In this document: positions 1 through 12,205 of the stretch, piece after piece
How the letters are laid out: the number at the start of each line of letters is the position of its first letter
Position numbering within the stretch: the first letter of the stretch is position 1
Assembly (NCBI RefSeq): GCF_000002075.1
Contig: NW_004797549.1
Coordinates: 57,978 to 121,977, forward strand
Direction: 5' to 3'
DNA length: 64,000 nt
From: Aplysia californica
Taxonomy: Eukaryota
Notes under the pieces: model-generated
The model's input: the letters and a program-made list of their open reading frames with translations, nothing else
Database searches by the model: none
What the model was told of the DNA's origin: nothing
Translations under genes and position numbers: made by a program

Positions 1-83
1 TTTGGTTTAAGCGGATTCTGCTGTCTATCAGAACAGATCTGACCTCTCTCCTGGACATCAGCACAGTGCAGGTTATTGCCAAG
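1..83 (+). CDS. TMEM241-like exon (5' truncated by window)
   Basis: Open frame WFKR..VIAK, donor AAG|gtaag at 84. Confidence 0.65.
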
Positions 84-3000
84 GTAAGACACATGGGTGA
101 ACTGTGTTGTTTACCTGGGGTTTTCAGGCAGTTGTTCTAAGAAATGACCTCATATCATCACCCAAAAATAATGCTGATTCTTCATGATTACTAACTGGAA
201 TATTAAAGCAGAATGATGGACTTTTTAACCCGCTGACTTATTTCCACTTATATTTTCCCTCTGTGCTGAATTTATTTTGGAAAAATGCCAGATTTGCACA
301 TACGCTTTTTTTTGTTGCTAATAACTTTTTAATTTGTCAAAATTTCTAATGAAGGTAAGAATAAAAGTTTTAGAATATTGAAAGTTCTTTATGAATATCT
401 GAAGCAAAAAGTATTTTGTGAAGTTATTGTTGTAGTAGTGGTGTTGGAAATGACTGAATAAAAACTGCCGGTTCATTAGATCTCTAGATCTAGTCCAGAT
501 TCTAGATGCTTCGTAGGCCTACATATATTCCTCAAAGTGTTAGCTCTAGCATCAAAACCCTTTTAATCATCTTCCGATTCAAGGAAAATATGTGGAACAT
601 TTTCGTCTGAATCTGATGCGACACTATTTTCATGTTCGTCGCAGGTCGCAATTGCGAATTTTCCAACTTCACTGTCACTCAATTTCAACGTGAAACAAAA
701 AACTCCCTGTGACAAGAAAAACGATGGGCGAAATCAATTCTGAGTAGCCTACCAGCTAGCAGCATAAAAATTAGTACCTCGTTCTTTTCGTACATCGCAT
801 TATACCATGCCAATGTCTATCGTGACCGCGATCAGCGCTTTACAGAAGTTCGGGCCGTCGTGACCGAGATCAGCGCTCTAAGGGTTAATTAATTTTTTAT
901 TGAATCTGGTTGTTTTAACCTCTCCCCTCCCCCCCATGGACTCAATTTAGATCATATAGGAGGGGGGCTTCCTATCTTGCCTGTCAGGACCAGCTAAGGC
1001 CGAGAGGGAAACATTCCAGCGGAAAAACTGAGATACTTGATAAGTATTTCCTCCTTTCTGGGGAATAGAACTTAGATCTCCTGCTTGGAGCAGTGAAGCA
1101 CCTAACCACTGCACCACAGAGGCCAGTAATAATAGACTGAATTTGTGCCCATTAAAGAACACATTTCTGTGTGGATTTGACTGAAAGACGCTGATTAAAG
1201 GCAGAACTTCACTTATTCTGTCGTTTCTTAAGTGTGTTCTAACCAGTTCCCTATGAGGATGATGGAGAGTACCTCTTATAGGTCTTTTTTTTCTTTTCTT
1301 TCCCTCTCTTGTCTCTGTCTGCTTGCTGGCTTTTTTAAATACTAAATGACCATTATTGTTTCTGTGCGTTTTTACAGTATTAATGTGAAAAATAATAGCA
1401 ATGATAATGATAATTATAATTATAATGGGAATAGTAATAAATAGCATAATAATGTAGTGCAAATTTCTGCTCAACAGCAAGTGCTACCCGCTTTACTAAA
1501 GCGATAACTATAACTTTATTTTCTGTTTTTCTCTCCAGGTGCTGTGTTCGTGTGCTTCCCTGTTCTTTTTTGACATGCAGCTCTCCCACTCCTTCGCATT
1601 CCTGTGAGTGTTGCGATTATTTGTGACTGTTGATGTTTATGAAGTTTTCGTGTTTTGCTGTTGAGTTGCTGCAGAGTGGATCTTGTTTCAGACCTCACCT
1701 CCTACTTTCTGCCTTTCTGCCCGTGTGATACCTTTAACCCTACTCCCTTCTTTTCTCTTGGTATTTAAGAAAAATGTTTAAAAACTAGTTTTAGTAACAG
1801 TTTTACGTCACAAGGAACACAATAAGGTCATATAAAGTACCTAACATTAGAGGTGTTAGGATAGAGTGACAAACGCAAAAAAGAAAAAGGAGAGATAAAG
1901 ACGATGGGTGTTTGAGAGGAAAGAAGTAAAGAAGGAGCAAATCACACTAAAGCAGTTTGTACCTCTAGTTCTTCTTATGTCATACTATATAAGACGTATA
2001 TACAGTACAGCATGGATAGGTCGAACACAGAAGACTAGAAATCATGCATCAGTTGAACTGTACCTGCAGTCCCTTTTTTTTCTTCTCTTCATTATCTTTG
2101 TAAGATATCCCTTGAACTACACATCCCTCAAACTACCAAGGCCGGTCCTGACGAATTTGAGCAATATGTGTTATACTGTACATCGTACTGAAGCTACAAT
2201 TATTATACAGGGTTTCTAATAAAAAGAGGATTCATTTAAAGGATATTAACTCAGTCATCTCTACACTAATTTCAACAAAAATTCGAACAAATAAAATTCA
2301 ACCATGAGGACGTGAAGTTTGCAAATTTAATCAAATCAATCTACGTTTTCGAGAAATATCAATCAAGTTTTAACGATTTCAGCCAAAAATGGGTAAAACT
2401 GTTGATTTTTGTCTGTCTTGTCTTGCTTTTTCCTTGCCCGTATGACCATCATTATATCAATGTCCTTCTGTTTTTACTGTAACTAAACTAAAAAATAGCC
2501 GCTATTTTGCCAATTGGCAGAAAACTACTACTGCACTTTCTATGCTGTTCCTCAGACTTGCTACATGTGGTCACTGTGCGTCTTTTTTTTTCCCCACAAC
2601 AGTCTCGCCATCAACTTCCTGTGCAGTTTCGGATTCTGTGAGAGCTCGAGCCAGCGACGTAGCCCAGAGGGTGGAGCCCTTTCGCTTGGGCAGGTAAGAC
2701 AAGTCATGGAAAATAGGTTTTTAAAGTTTTTTGCAGTTTTAATAAGAGTTTTTCAGCACTTGCAATACCTATGAATACCAAATATTTGAGATGTTAGTAG
2801 AGAGTAACGTATGAGATAAAAAGGATCAGAGATAAGGATGACAAATTTTTTATAGGAGAGGAGTGAATCACACAAGAGCACCCACCCACCACCTAAGTGG
2901 GAGATATCACGGTCGCTGATCAATGCACGCTTTTAATGGGATGTATGCCTATTCTGCAGTAATATGTATACACACATATCATCGTGTTGAGATGTGCTCA

Positions 3001-4634
3001 CAGTGTTACATATAAACGTCCACCCACATACAGTGAGTGGGTGGTTGGCGGGTGCTCTGGTGTGGTTTGCTTCTTCTTTCCTATCAAACATATATCGTCC
3101 TATTCTCCCCTTTTTATTTTTTATGTTTGTTACTCTCTTGTAACACCTCTAATCTTTTGGCAATCATATGACCTTATGCAGTTGCGAGCGCCGTAAAACC
3201 TCTACTAAAACTAAACTAAAACATACAGTGAAGCCCCCTCAAATTGAGCTCTTTGGGACCTCCAGGTTTTCTTTGGTTTAGTTGGGTTTTTAGATGAGAG
3301 AGATTGCTGAAGTAGAAAAAAAAAAAGGATTCTATTTGCTTTAGGTTTATCATTGTTTCCAGATTTACTGTGTTTGGTTTAAGCGGATTCTGCTGTCTAT
3401 CAGAACAGATGAAGATAGCAAAAGAAAAATTGTCAAAGTCACTCTTCAAATCTTAAAGTGCAATTTTCTTTAATGGTTTGTTTTTTCTACCTTCTTTTGA
3501 AAAGGGTCTCCAACTTGAAACTGAATCTGTTGTTCAGTTTGACAGGTTTTTTTTTTTAGAGTTGTTTTTTTTTACTGGTTTAACACCCCTTTCAACACTG
3601 AAAATAAGGTTATTTAAATATATGGGATGGGACCTCTAAATTTAACATCTGTCTCCCTTAGGACTATGCCAAATGGATGTAGACCCAAACTCCCCAAATA
3701 ACCTATGATCAAGAACACCTGGTTAGGGATTCAAAACCAGGGCTATCTGCTCCATAGTTCAGCATGATACCAATTGAGCTAAAGGAAGTCCTTTTGTGAG
3801 TGACCATTGAAACCTAGTGCACATGTTGAAGGCAATATTTGAGTAGTCTTTATTTTGTGTCTTTCATTCAATAGTACACAACACTGCTAATGAATAGATG
3901 TGCTCACATGCAAGTTCATGCTCTCACACATAAATGCACACACTGTCGGATGCCTGTGTACGCTGTCTTAAATGTGTTAAAGAGGAAACACCAGTAGTAT
4001 AGCGAAACTTGGAAATAACAAAGTCGTCAGACATTTAATTTTGTGGAATCTGCGTGTTCATTATATGCTATTTGAGCAACAAGTTACGCTGCAGTGTAGA
4101 GCTTAGCATACATCAATGTTTTGTTCCACAGACCGGAACTCTATTCATAGCCTAGATCTATGTCGAGGCTAACCTATTACTGTTCAGTAGCCAGGGGAAA
4201 AATATGACTGTGACGCTTCTATATCTCAACGAACATTCTATGTCAGGAACACAGGTGCGCCCCCCACCCAACAGTGCCACACTTTGGGTGGTTGGTGGTG
4301 TTCTAATGTAGTTTTCTCCTTCTTTTCCTTCAAACACCTATCATCCTTATATCTCTCATGCTTCTTTTCATAGCATATTACTCTCAATTAATATTTCTAG
4401 TGTACAGTATGTGTGTATCCTACTTATTTTGACCTTTTGCCACTAAACATTTGCAATGAAAGTTTATATAATAAAGTCAGAACTCAAGTTTTCTTGAATT
4501 CTTTCTTTCTGTAGGGTCTTCTGCCGCAGTCCTCTGACCGGGACAGTAAGCCTTCAAATGACGACATTGATGAGCCACAACTGCTCAAAAGACACGAACT
4601 GCAGCAGGATATGATTCGTCTGGAGCTTGGATGA
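1..4634 (+). CDS. TMEM241-like (SLC35-family) membrane protein, 3' part; exons <1-83, 1539-1603, 2603-2693, 4515-4634
   Basis: GT-AG exons join in phases 0,2,0 to give ..WFKRILLSIRTDLTSLLDISTVQVIAK|VLCSCASLFFFDMQLSHSFAFL|LAINFLCSFGFCESSSQRR..GQ|GLLPQ..RLELG*. AK-VLCSCASLFFFDMQLS resembles the TMEM241 C-terminal helices as recalled (AKIITAGLSILLFDAILT). Exon structure is firmer than the family call. Confidence 0.6.
229..884. mobile_element. Non-autonomous piggyBac-type element
   Basis: TTAA|CCC.. at 225-231 and ..GGG|TTAA at 882-888; partial TIR (gctga/tcagc). Confidence 0.55.
948..1124 (-). mobile_element. tRNA-derived SINE (related copy 13455-13662, heads at ~13840-13900 and ~14780-14860)
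   Basis: A-box TGGTGCAGTGG, degenerate B-box, shared body gctggaatgttt..tgacaggca. Confidence 0.6.
1539..1603 (+). CDS. TMEM241-like exon
   Basis: Polypyrimidine tract, ccag|GTG acceptor; donor CT|gtgagt. Confidence 0.7.
2603..2693 (+). CDS. TMEM241-like exon
   Basis: T-rich tract, acag| acceptor in phase 2; donor CAG|gtaag. Confidence 0.7.
3037..3220 (+). mobile_element. Short retroelement family A (~190 bp, GTGGGTGGTTGG head, ACTAA tail); best copy of many in the window
   Basis: Related copies at approx. 1770-1970(-), 2715-2893(-), 4285-4460(+), 9385-9452(+), 10468-10600(+), 18295-18480(-), 26530-26645(-), 28720-28863(-), 29220-29365(-), 53740-53920(-), 58770-58890(-), 59783-59853(-), 60555-60745(-), 61055-61258(-), 61785-61950(-), 62240-62418(-), 62485-62624(-). 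Confidence 0.8.
3600..3786 (-). mobile_element. tRNA-derived SINE
   Basis: Minus strand TAGCTCAATTGG (A-box) and GGTTTTGAATCC (B-box) followed by a non-tRNA body. Confidence 0.55.
4515..4634 (+). CDS. TMEM241-like terminal coding exon
   Basis: ctttctttctgtag|GGT acceptor, 39 codons then TGA. Confidence 0.65.
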   Translation, partial: GLLPQSSDRDSKPSNDDIDEPQLLKRHELQQDMIRLELG

Positions 4635-5089
4635 TTCAGGGGGTGATTTTTGTTGCGTTAAATAGAGGTTTGTGACAATTCTCAGATCAGAAAGTTTTTA
4701 TGATTCATCGGGTGATTTTTTTATGTTTTTGAGTGGAGATTTTGGATGATATATTTGTGTCACGATGTGGTGGAATCAGGCACTGGTCAATTTTTGGGCA
4801 TGTGGTTTTTACTGTCATCTTAAAACTTGTTCATTCGTCTATCTTTCGATTTAAAAAGTATCCATCTGTCTTTAACAGAAGTCAAAATATTTGCAAATGA
4901 AATATGTTATTAATGAACACAAAAGATGTTGAGCCAAAAAAACAAAAATTTTATAGAAATTCCCAACCAGTGGACAAATGCGGCAATATCTTTGATTTCA
5001 TTAGTTTGATGAGCACCTGATTTCACCACGATGCCTCACGTTTGGTCCTTTTGGAGATTTAGAATGACTCTCTCAAAGATTTTGTACTA

Positions 5090-5780
5090 TTAGATGATCC
5101 ATGTTTGGGTTTTGGATGATACACATGGAGGTTTTAAATGACCTGTGAGGACATATCCGATGACAGGTGTCAAACTCACGGCCTGCCATCAGGCCTATCA
5201 AACAATTCTGTCCATCCTACAGGAAAATTTCAAGTAAGCCATTCTGTGGACCTCCATAACACAAAACTTTTTTCCAAACATAAACAAATTTATGGCATAG
5301 AAAGGATGCCTAATACCGATCTTCTACAAGTTGTTAGGAGAGTGAAAATTGAAATGCCTTGATTTGGTCGTTTTTCTATCTTTTGTCAATATTCATTCAT
5401 GTGCTCACATTCTGTTTAAAAGAGGTTTAGTCGTCCACTGTGTAATAAGTGTTTATTCAGTTTGTCTCACCACCTTAAATGTAATTTGAGCAATTGAGTT
5501 TGGTACCTCTGTTTTCGATGGTCCACATGGAGATGTTGAAAGATCTATGAGGACAATATAGATGATCTGCCTGGAGAATTTGGATAACTACATGGAGATT
5601 AAGGGTGATCTGAGAGGACATGTTAGACGATCCATATTGAGATTCTGTATGATTTGTGAGGACAATTCAGATGATCCACATTGAGATTTTGAATGTGTAA
5701 TGACAGTTTAGATGATCCACATTGAGATTTTTGATGACTGTATGTAGATTTTTGATGATCTGTATAAATATTGACCAAGT
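5090..5780. repeat. Degenerate minisatellite (gatgatccacatkgagattt motif)
   Basis: Motif recurs around 5092-5135 and many times in 5516-5765. Confidence 0.6.
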
Positions 5781-6040
5781 TTTTGTCCTTGTAGCAATGC
5801 GCCATTGACCATCAACAATTTTCACACTCCCGGCTCAAGTAGTGTTAGTAGTTAGTGTTGCATGGCCCCATTAGGTGGTCATTTTTCTGGTACTTTGTGC
5901 AGATCTAAGCGGTGGTCCTGTATCTCTGTGGACACAGTGGGTTGTGTTTATGTTATTTCTTTTCTTGGGTAAGTTGGGTTTTTTTCTGTTCAAAAAGCTC
6001 CATTAGCTTTCTTAAGATGGATAAAAAATGAATCACATAA

Positions 6041-6480
6041 TTGTGTGACGACGCGGTGGAATCAGGCACTGGTCTATTTTTTAGCATTCGGAGTTGTTGA
6101 TATCATCTTAAAACTTTTTCACTTGTCTTGCTTTGGATTTTTTTAAGATACCCATCTATCTTCCATGGAAGTCGAGATATTTGCGATTGAAGGGGGTGGG
6201 GGCCATCATGTGTCAAGGGTAAATTATGTGTGGAAATGACTGTCAAATTTTGGTTGCTTCCAAAGCTGGAGGTCTTTAGAAACTGCAAATTACCTTTTTT
6301 TTGTGCCTTTTTTCAACATTTTTCCTTAAAATCCACTCAGAAATTTGTTTTAAATGGACATAAAAGATTTTGAGCCGAAAAACAAAATTTCGATAAAACT
6401 TGCCAAAGGGGTGAAAAGGTGCCAGTTTTTTCTATTTCATTGTCTTGATGAGCGCCTGATTTCACCACAATGCCTCTCAA
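6041..6480. mobile_element. MITE with ~35-bp TIRs (TGTG..gtggaatcaggc family); other copies 4754-5040, 12386-12757, partial 26420-26530 and 42925-43090
   Basis: Inverted ends gtggaatcaggcact / gcgcctgatttcaccac and a shared internal sequence between copies. Confidence 0.75.
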
Positions 6481-8062
6481 TTTGTTTGTGGGTACAAATG
6501 TACTACAAGTCTTGTGCAAAGAAAACGTGGAGATGAAAAATTTCACTATTGTGGTTTTTTATTTTTGTCTGCGAATGAGTTCTTGAAACACTTCCCCTGT
6601 GATGATAGTGAGGGGTTTTCTGTCTTTTCAACTTTCCACAAGTCATGAAGACTGCTGAATTTTTTGTTCATAAGCTTACCTCATGCAATTAATACTTACA
6701 GTGACTGTTTTCATAGTGTGTATGTTTGTAGTCGTGATTCACTATTCTACATCCAGTTCTTTGCAAGCATTTTTCCGACATAAATTTGGAGCCATGTTTT
6801 TGTCTTTGATTCCTTTTATCTTTTTAATGTAGATGTTTACATTTGTATTTTGTGTTTACCTCTTTTTTCTTTCTCTTTTATTCAAGTTTTCTCAAAACTT
6901 TACTGAAGTGGTATTTTTCATTTGAACTACGGTGTATATTTACGTCTATCCTGAGGTTTTTTTCATTTTAAAAAAATTCAGTTTTTTCTGTATGTGTTAT
7001 TCTACAAATATTCTGGAATTGAATAAACATATGATGTTTGTGAATTGTTTAAGGGCACCACAGGTAAACCTTTTTTTCTTGTACCCTGTTTATCATGGTG
7101 GATATGACTCACTGACAACACGCGCATCTCGGGTGTTCATCTTTCTTGCTTATTCCCTGTTATCAAAACGATGCATCCGTACGTCATGTTTTACTATCGT
7201 ATCCATATGCCGTGGGGAACTCTATGCCACCAGTTTCCAAAGAGGAAATTTACTCGTTTATCCGATCGGTATGCTTTGCGTAGCGGTCTGTCAAAATGAA
7301 TTTTTAAGAAATACTGAAAGTTTCAAAGAGATCTTCGTACTGGAAGTATTCTAAAATGTGAAGAATACTACCCTGGGGGTACAAAATGACCCCAGGGCAT
7401 ACGGATAGGGTTAATTAAACTAAACTCAACATATTGACTGCTGTGTTTAAGACTCAGCCATTTGCCATTTTGAAAAGTGACGTATGACGGTGCCTTCCAC
7501 TGAGCAGTGGCTATGTTGTTGTTTTTTACCTTGCTCTGTTTATGATGAATGAAAAAGTAAATTCTTCCGTTTACCCTGCTCCTTTCTTTTATGTGTTACA
7601 TGTATTAGTATTGTCCTAAACTGCTTCCTTGTGAAATGTAGATCATCATTGTTAAGCTGACTTGGCATAAAGGACGCTAAGATGCACGTGTTGTCTGTAA
7701 GTCACATCCACTATGATGCCTCATCTCTTAGTAATAATAATAATAATAGATAGCATTTGTATAGCGCAAATCCCTGCTCAACAGCAGGCTCTATGGGCTT
7801 GTCTCTTCATTGTTCTATTTGATATATGTTTAGTATCTTCTACATATTTAATAGGATTAAAAATGCATAAATCGTTGGCAAGCTATTCAACTGTTCTAAA
7901 CCCAGAAAGCAAAATATTTGAAGAAAGAAGAAACTTGTTTCTTTCCTCCATTATAAATTGTACCTTACATGTGTTGTTTTTTCCCAACGTTTAGAATTTG
8001 AATTTCAGTAAAATATTAAAGCACATGCAACCAATACCACAGATTAAGAAACCCTAATATGC

Positions 8063-8182
8063 AGGTGGTTGGAGGGCACCACTGGTAGGTCCTACCTCTT
8101 TATTTTCTCTCTTTTGTTTCTGTCTGTCTTACTGTTTCCCAACATTAAATGCCCATTATTATGTCAGTGTGCTTCTCTTTAC
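8063..8182 (+). mobile_element. Short dispersed repeat family B (GGTGGTTGGAGG..GTAGGTCCTAC head)
   Basis: Related copies ~1258-1370(+), 51930-52005(-), 53560-53630(-), 54530-54646(-), 55810-55878(-), 56080-56170(-). Confidence 0.65.
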
Positions 8183-10275
8183 TCAAAATAAATAAACTAT
8201 AAATTATAATAAAATTCTGGGCCTAGAATATCTGAACAGCTGACCAACGATATCTTTGTTCAGTTTCATCTTTTTGCAATGGTCTTTTCAGCGTTGTCGG
8301 TATCATGTTCACCTACCATGTTCACCTACGCATTGCGGTGTTCTGTAACTTGAGTTGTTTATGGAGTTTTTCCAAGGGCTCTCAGCCAACTTGTCCTTGT
8401 CCTAACGGAAGTGAATGTTAAATTAGGAGGTCAAAGGTCAGGCCTCCTAAATTGCCGGTGTTTTACAGAGGCTTTACAGCCATATTATACTAAACTAAAT
8501 ACTACTACGTAACTATTGTGTATCATCTTTTTGTGATCTCCACAGTGAGTGGGTTGAAATGTACATGACATTGGGTTGATATTTTTGGGGTGTTTTTCTT
8601 TTGTTTTTTTGTTTTTTGAGGGGGCGGAGTTTGTTTTGTTGATTGTTGGGTTGTTGTTGTTTTTTTGTTGATTTTTTTTTGGGGGGGTCATCTTTACTGC
8701 AAAAAAATTTTAATCATGTGTGTATGATACATTTCTTTTTTCTTCTCTTTCCACACATTACTTATTTTTTCATTTCCACAGCCAGTGGACAAACACTTTC
8801 ATGTAACTTTATTCTTTTTTTTTTTTTTCTTTCTGTTCCGCAGCCAGTGGAAGACCATAACACATTATTCGTTTTTCTTTTTTCTATCATTTCCACAAAC
8901 AGTTAAACAAACACACACATAAATTGTTCAATTTTGTCTTTCTCTTTTTTCCACTGCCATTTAAGTTACGCAGCCTTATCCATTTTTGTATGGGTTTTTG
9001 TTTTTTTTTGCTTAAATGATGTTAACTTAATGATCATAGACCATAACATTGTTTATGATTTTGTTCAGTAAAGTACTTTTTTTTTTCATTTAATATCTTG
9101 AATTTTATCAAACCTGTTGCGGCTGAAAACAAACTTGTTTCTTTGTACACTTTCGAGCTTGATTCTGTAATTCCAATGAATTAAGACTCTGTGTCTCTCA
9201 GGGGACTGTATTCACGATATTCATGGTTTTGATCATTTGAATCAGTTGGACCTATACGATTCGAGTCAGATTCGTTTTGTAGCAGAGGAATTTCCAGGAG
9301 AAAAATATTTGTTAAAGACTTTGCAGAGCAAAGATATTTCCTCTCTAGTTTCTTGTACTTTTCTTCTGAATTTTTAAAAAGCTCTAATCTTCTGGCGCTC
9401 ATATGACCTTATGCAGTTGCGAGCACCGTAAAACCTCTACTAAAACTAAAACTTCCAAACGCAACAAAGCTTTCCTATTGTTGTTTCTCTTGACTGTCTT
9501 CTTTTTTTTTTTTCCCAGCTCTAAATGACCATTAGTCTGCCATATGCTGACCAAACGTTTTTTACTAACAGTAGTTTTGAGAAAAAAAAGGCATTTTGTC
9601 AGCATAACCATGAAAGAAAAGGCATTTTTCCAAACTTTGCATTAAAATTTATTCAAAAACTAGTCGCAGTTTCACTTTGTTTGATTTTTTCATGCAAGCA
9701 GGGTAACTGATCAGGCTATCCATTCAGCAAATAAAAAAATGTTGGCGCCAAAAATGAAAAAAAGGCGTTTTGTCAGCTTTGAGCAGTATTGTGTCAGCGT
9801 GCTTCTCTTTTAGTAGGTATTTCTTCCCTAGCTCTTATTGTATATGGTGTAACATGTGACATGGCATGACACACAGCATAAGGTGTGGCATGTTACAGCA
9901 TTGTCAAAATACATGTGTAATAATTGTTGCTGTTGTGCAATTCTGTAAAAACTTCCTGGGGGATAATGTAATAATTTGAATAATAATAAAAATTGCATTT
10001 TGATTTATTTATATTGCGCCTACCCATGCTCTATGTGCTTTCCAATTTACAACTATCGTTTTGTTCATTTTTTGCGGAGGGGGTCTTTTTTCTCCTATTT
10101 CTGTCATTCTGTCACAAATGTGAGAGACAGAACATTAGATCGATTTGAATGTCCTCTTGAACAATAATAAAAGAGATAAAAAAGTAAAGGTGTTCATCTA
10201 CTTTGTCTGCTTTGTGAGATTTGTTACTAAATAGCACAAGACTCAGTCTATGCTTAAGTTGCCCTCCGCACTCCC

Positions 10276-10465
10276 ATATCTCTGTCCCCGTCGTTTTCTG
10301 CAAGAAAAATTCTGAAATTATGCAAACTGAGCCCAAAAATTTGAAATTGTGCGATTTCTGTTAATTTTAACAAAGAATGATAAAGGAAAATAATTGAAAA
10401 TTATGCAAAAAATGATCAAAGTTTGCTAAATTATGCTGGATGCATAAAACCACGGGGACAGATAT
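10276..10465. mobile_element. MITE with ~25-bp TIRs
   Basis: ctgtccccgtcgttttctgca ... tgcataaaaccacggggacag. Confidence 0.6.
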
Positions 10466-11482
10466 CTGTGGATGGTTGGCTTGTGCTCTAGTATGGTTTA
10501 CTTCTTCTTTTCTTTTCAAACATCTATTGCCCTTATCTCTGCTCCTTCTTTTTTGTGTTTGTTATTTTCTTGTAACACCTCTGATCTTCAGCACTTAAGA
10601 TGTAGACTGAGTAGAGTCACCTTTCTGGAGCTAGCCCCAAGCCTCTCCACTCCCATTTTGGGGAGAGCAAAGGAAGAGGAAAGTTGATGACAGGGTGAAG
10701 GCCTCTGCCCTCCCCAGACGTCCCCTATGAAGGGGAGACATCTTCACTCTTTTGAATCAGTCAGTGTTCGTGATTGCTACTACATTTTCTTCATGTAAAA
10801 ATTTTCGAGGCCGGCCTTGCCCTGTCTATGCAAGATGGATGAAGAAATATTTTAGTGGATGGTTTTATATTGGTTGAGAAAACGAATGCTCAACAGGCGC
10901 TGTTACTGGGTTCATAAAATATACCAACGTTGTAATAAGTATGGTGAATATCATCATTTAATGGAGCAAGCCCTTTTTATCGTGTGCAAGTGAGTACACA
11001 CACAAAGTGTACCCTTCTCCCTCCGAGACCTAACATAGACAACACACTCTATGGAACATTACAGCAACTGCAGCAGACCTGCACTTATCACTACCTGGCA
11101 TTGGACAGAAGGGCGAGAGCCCAGCTGTTGCTGGATCGATAACAACAACAACAACAACACACACAAAGTGAGGGTTTTTGGTGAATGAAGGTGCGAAAAA
11201 ATTTAGTGCTGCGTTAAAATTCAGTCACCAAATTTGGGGGGGGGGGGGCATGGAGGGGACTCGCCTCAAAAAGGAGAGGTGAGGGGTTGGTGACTCGACT
11301 CTGTCACTCGCAAAACTTTTCCTGTAAATTAAACCTGCCGCTCTCCAAATTGGGGCCAGACGGCAAAAAGGTGTAGGGAAGGTGACTCCAATCTGTCTGC
11401 ATGTTTATACTACCTAACTGTGTTGCAAGTATTGTATAACTCTTACTAAGACACACAAACACACACACCTTAAATAATGTCA

Positions 11483-12205
11483 TGTATGGATAGTATGTAT
11501 AGTATAAGGTTTTACGGAGCTCGCAACTGCTAAGGTCATATGAGCGCGCGAAACACAAGTTGTTCACCTTTGCAAAAGTTCCCTTCACGACTGGTTAACT
11601 AATTTACTTTAAAATGCTAAAAAGTTAAAATATTTAAATTCGGTGTAAATACATTTGTGGTTTAAAACAACTCTTTTTAGTAACAAAAAAAATTTTTAAT
11701 AATATCAGATTCACTCTACAACTCGCCATAAAGGCCAATGGTCTTTATAAAATTTTTAATTCTGCTGGGAACAACGACGGAAAAAATATCCTGCAATTTC
11801 TTGCATTTATAATATTTTATTCGGATCTCTCCAAAGTCTAGACATTCTGTTAAAATGTGTCTAATGGTAAAATCTGTGTCGCATCCGACACAGAACGGCT
11901 TCTCATCTCCCTGTAGGAGGTATTTGTGGGTCAGGGCCGTGTGTCCGATGCGCAATCGAGTAAAAATGACTTCGTCTCTTCTGGAGAGGTCCGAAGGATT
12001 TCGCTGTTCTAGTTTGGGTTTTATTTCATATAGTTTATTTTTCTGGTTTTCCCAGTGGCTCTCCCACAGACTGGAGGTGTACTTTTTGACTTTATTTCTA
12101 AAGTCAGTCTGTGGGAGAGTGTTTGTCGTTGATCCCAGCAGAAGGGATGAAGCTTTCTTCGCCAGGTCGTCTACCTGCTCGTTTCCTCGGATGCCCACAT
12201 GGCTG
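11483..12205 (-). mobile_element. 5'-truncated I/Nimb-like LINE 3' end (end of RNase H, CCHC knuckle, 3'UTR)
   Basis: ORF 11716-12234 has SHVGIRGNEQVDDLAK, TRLRIGH and CVGC..TIRHILTEC, followed by a UTR and a short repeat tail. Confidence 0.9.

Noticed and set aside
947-1480. 177-aa minus-strand ORF
   Set aside because: Runs through a SINE, a family B repeat and an (AAT)n-like tract; no domain.
3720-3786. tRNA gene
   Set aside because: A/B boxes are present but no full cloverleaf; continues into a SINE body (likewise ~38630-38690).
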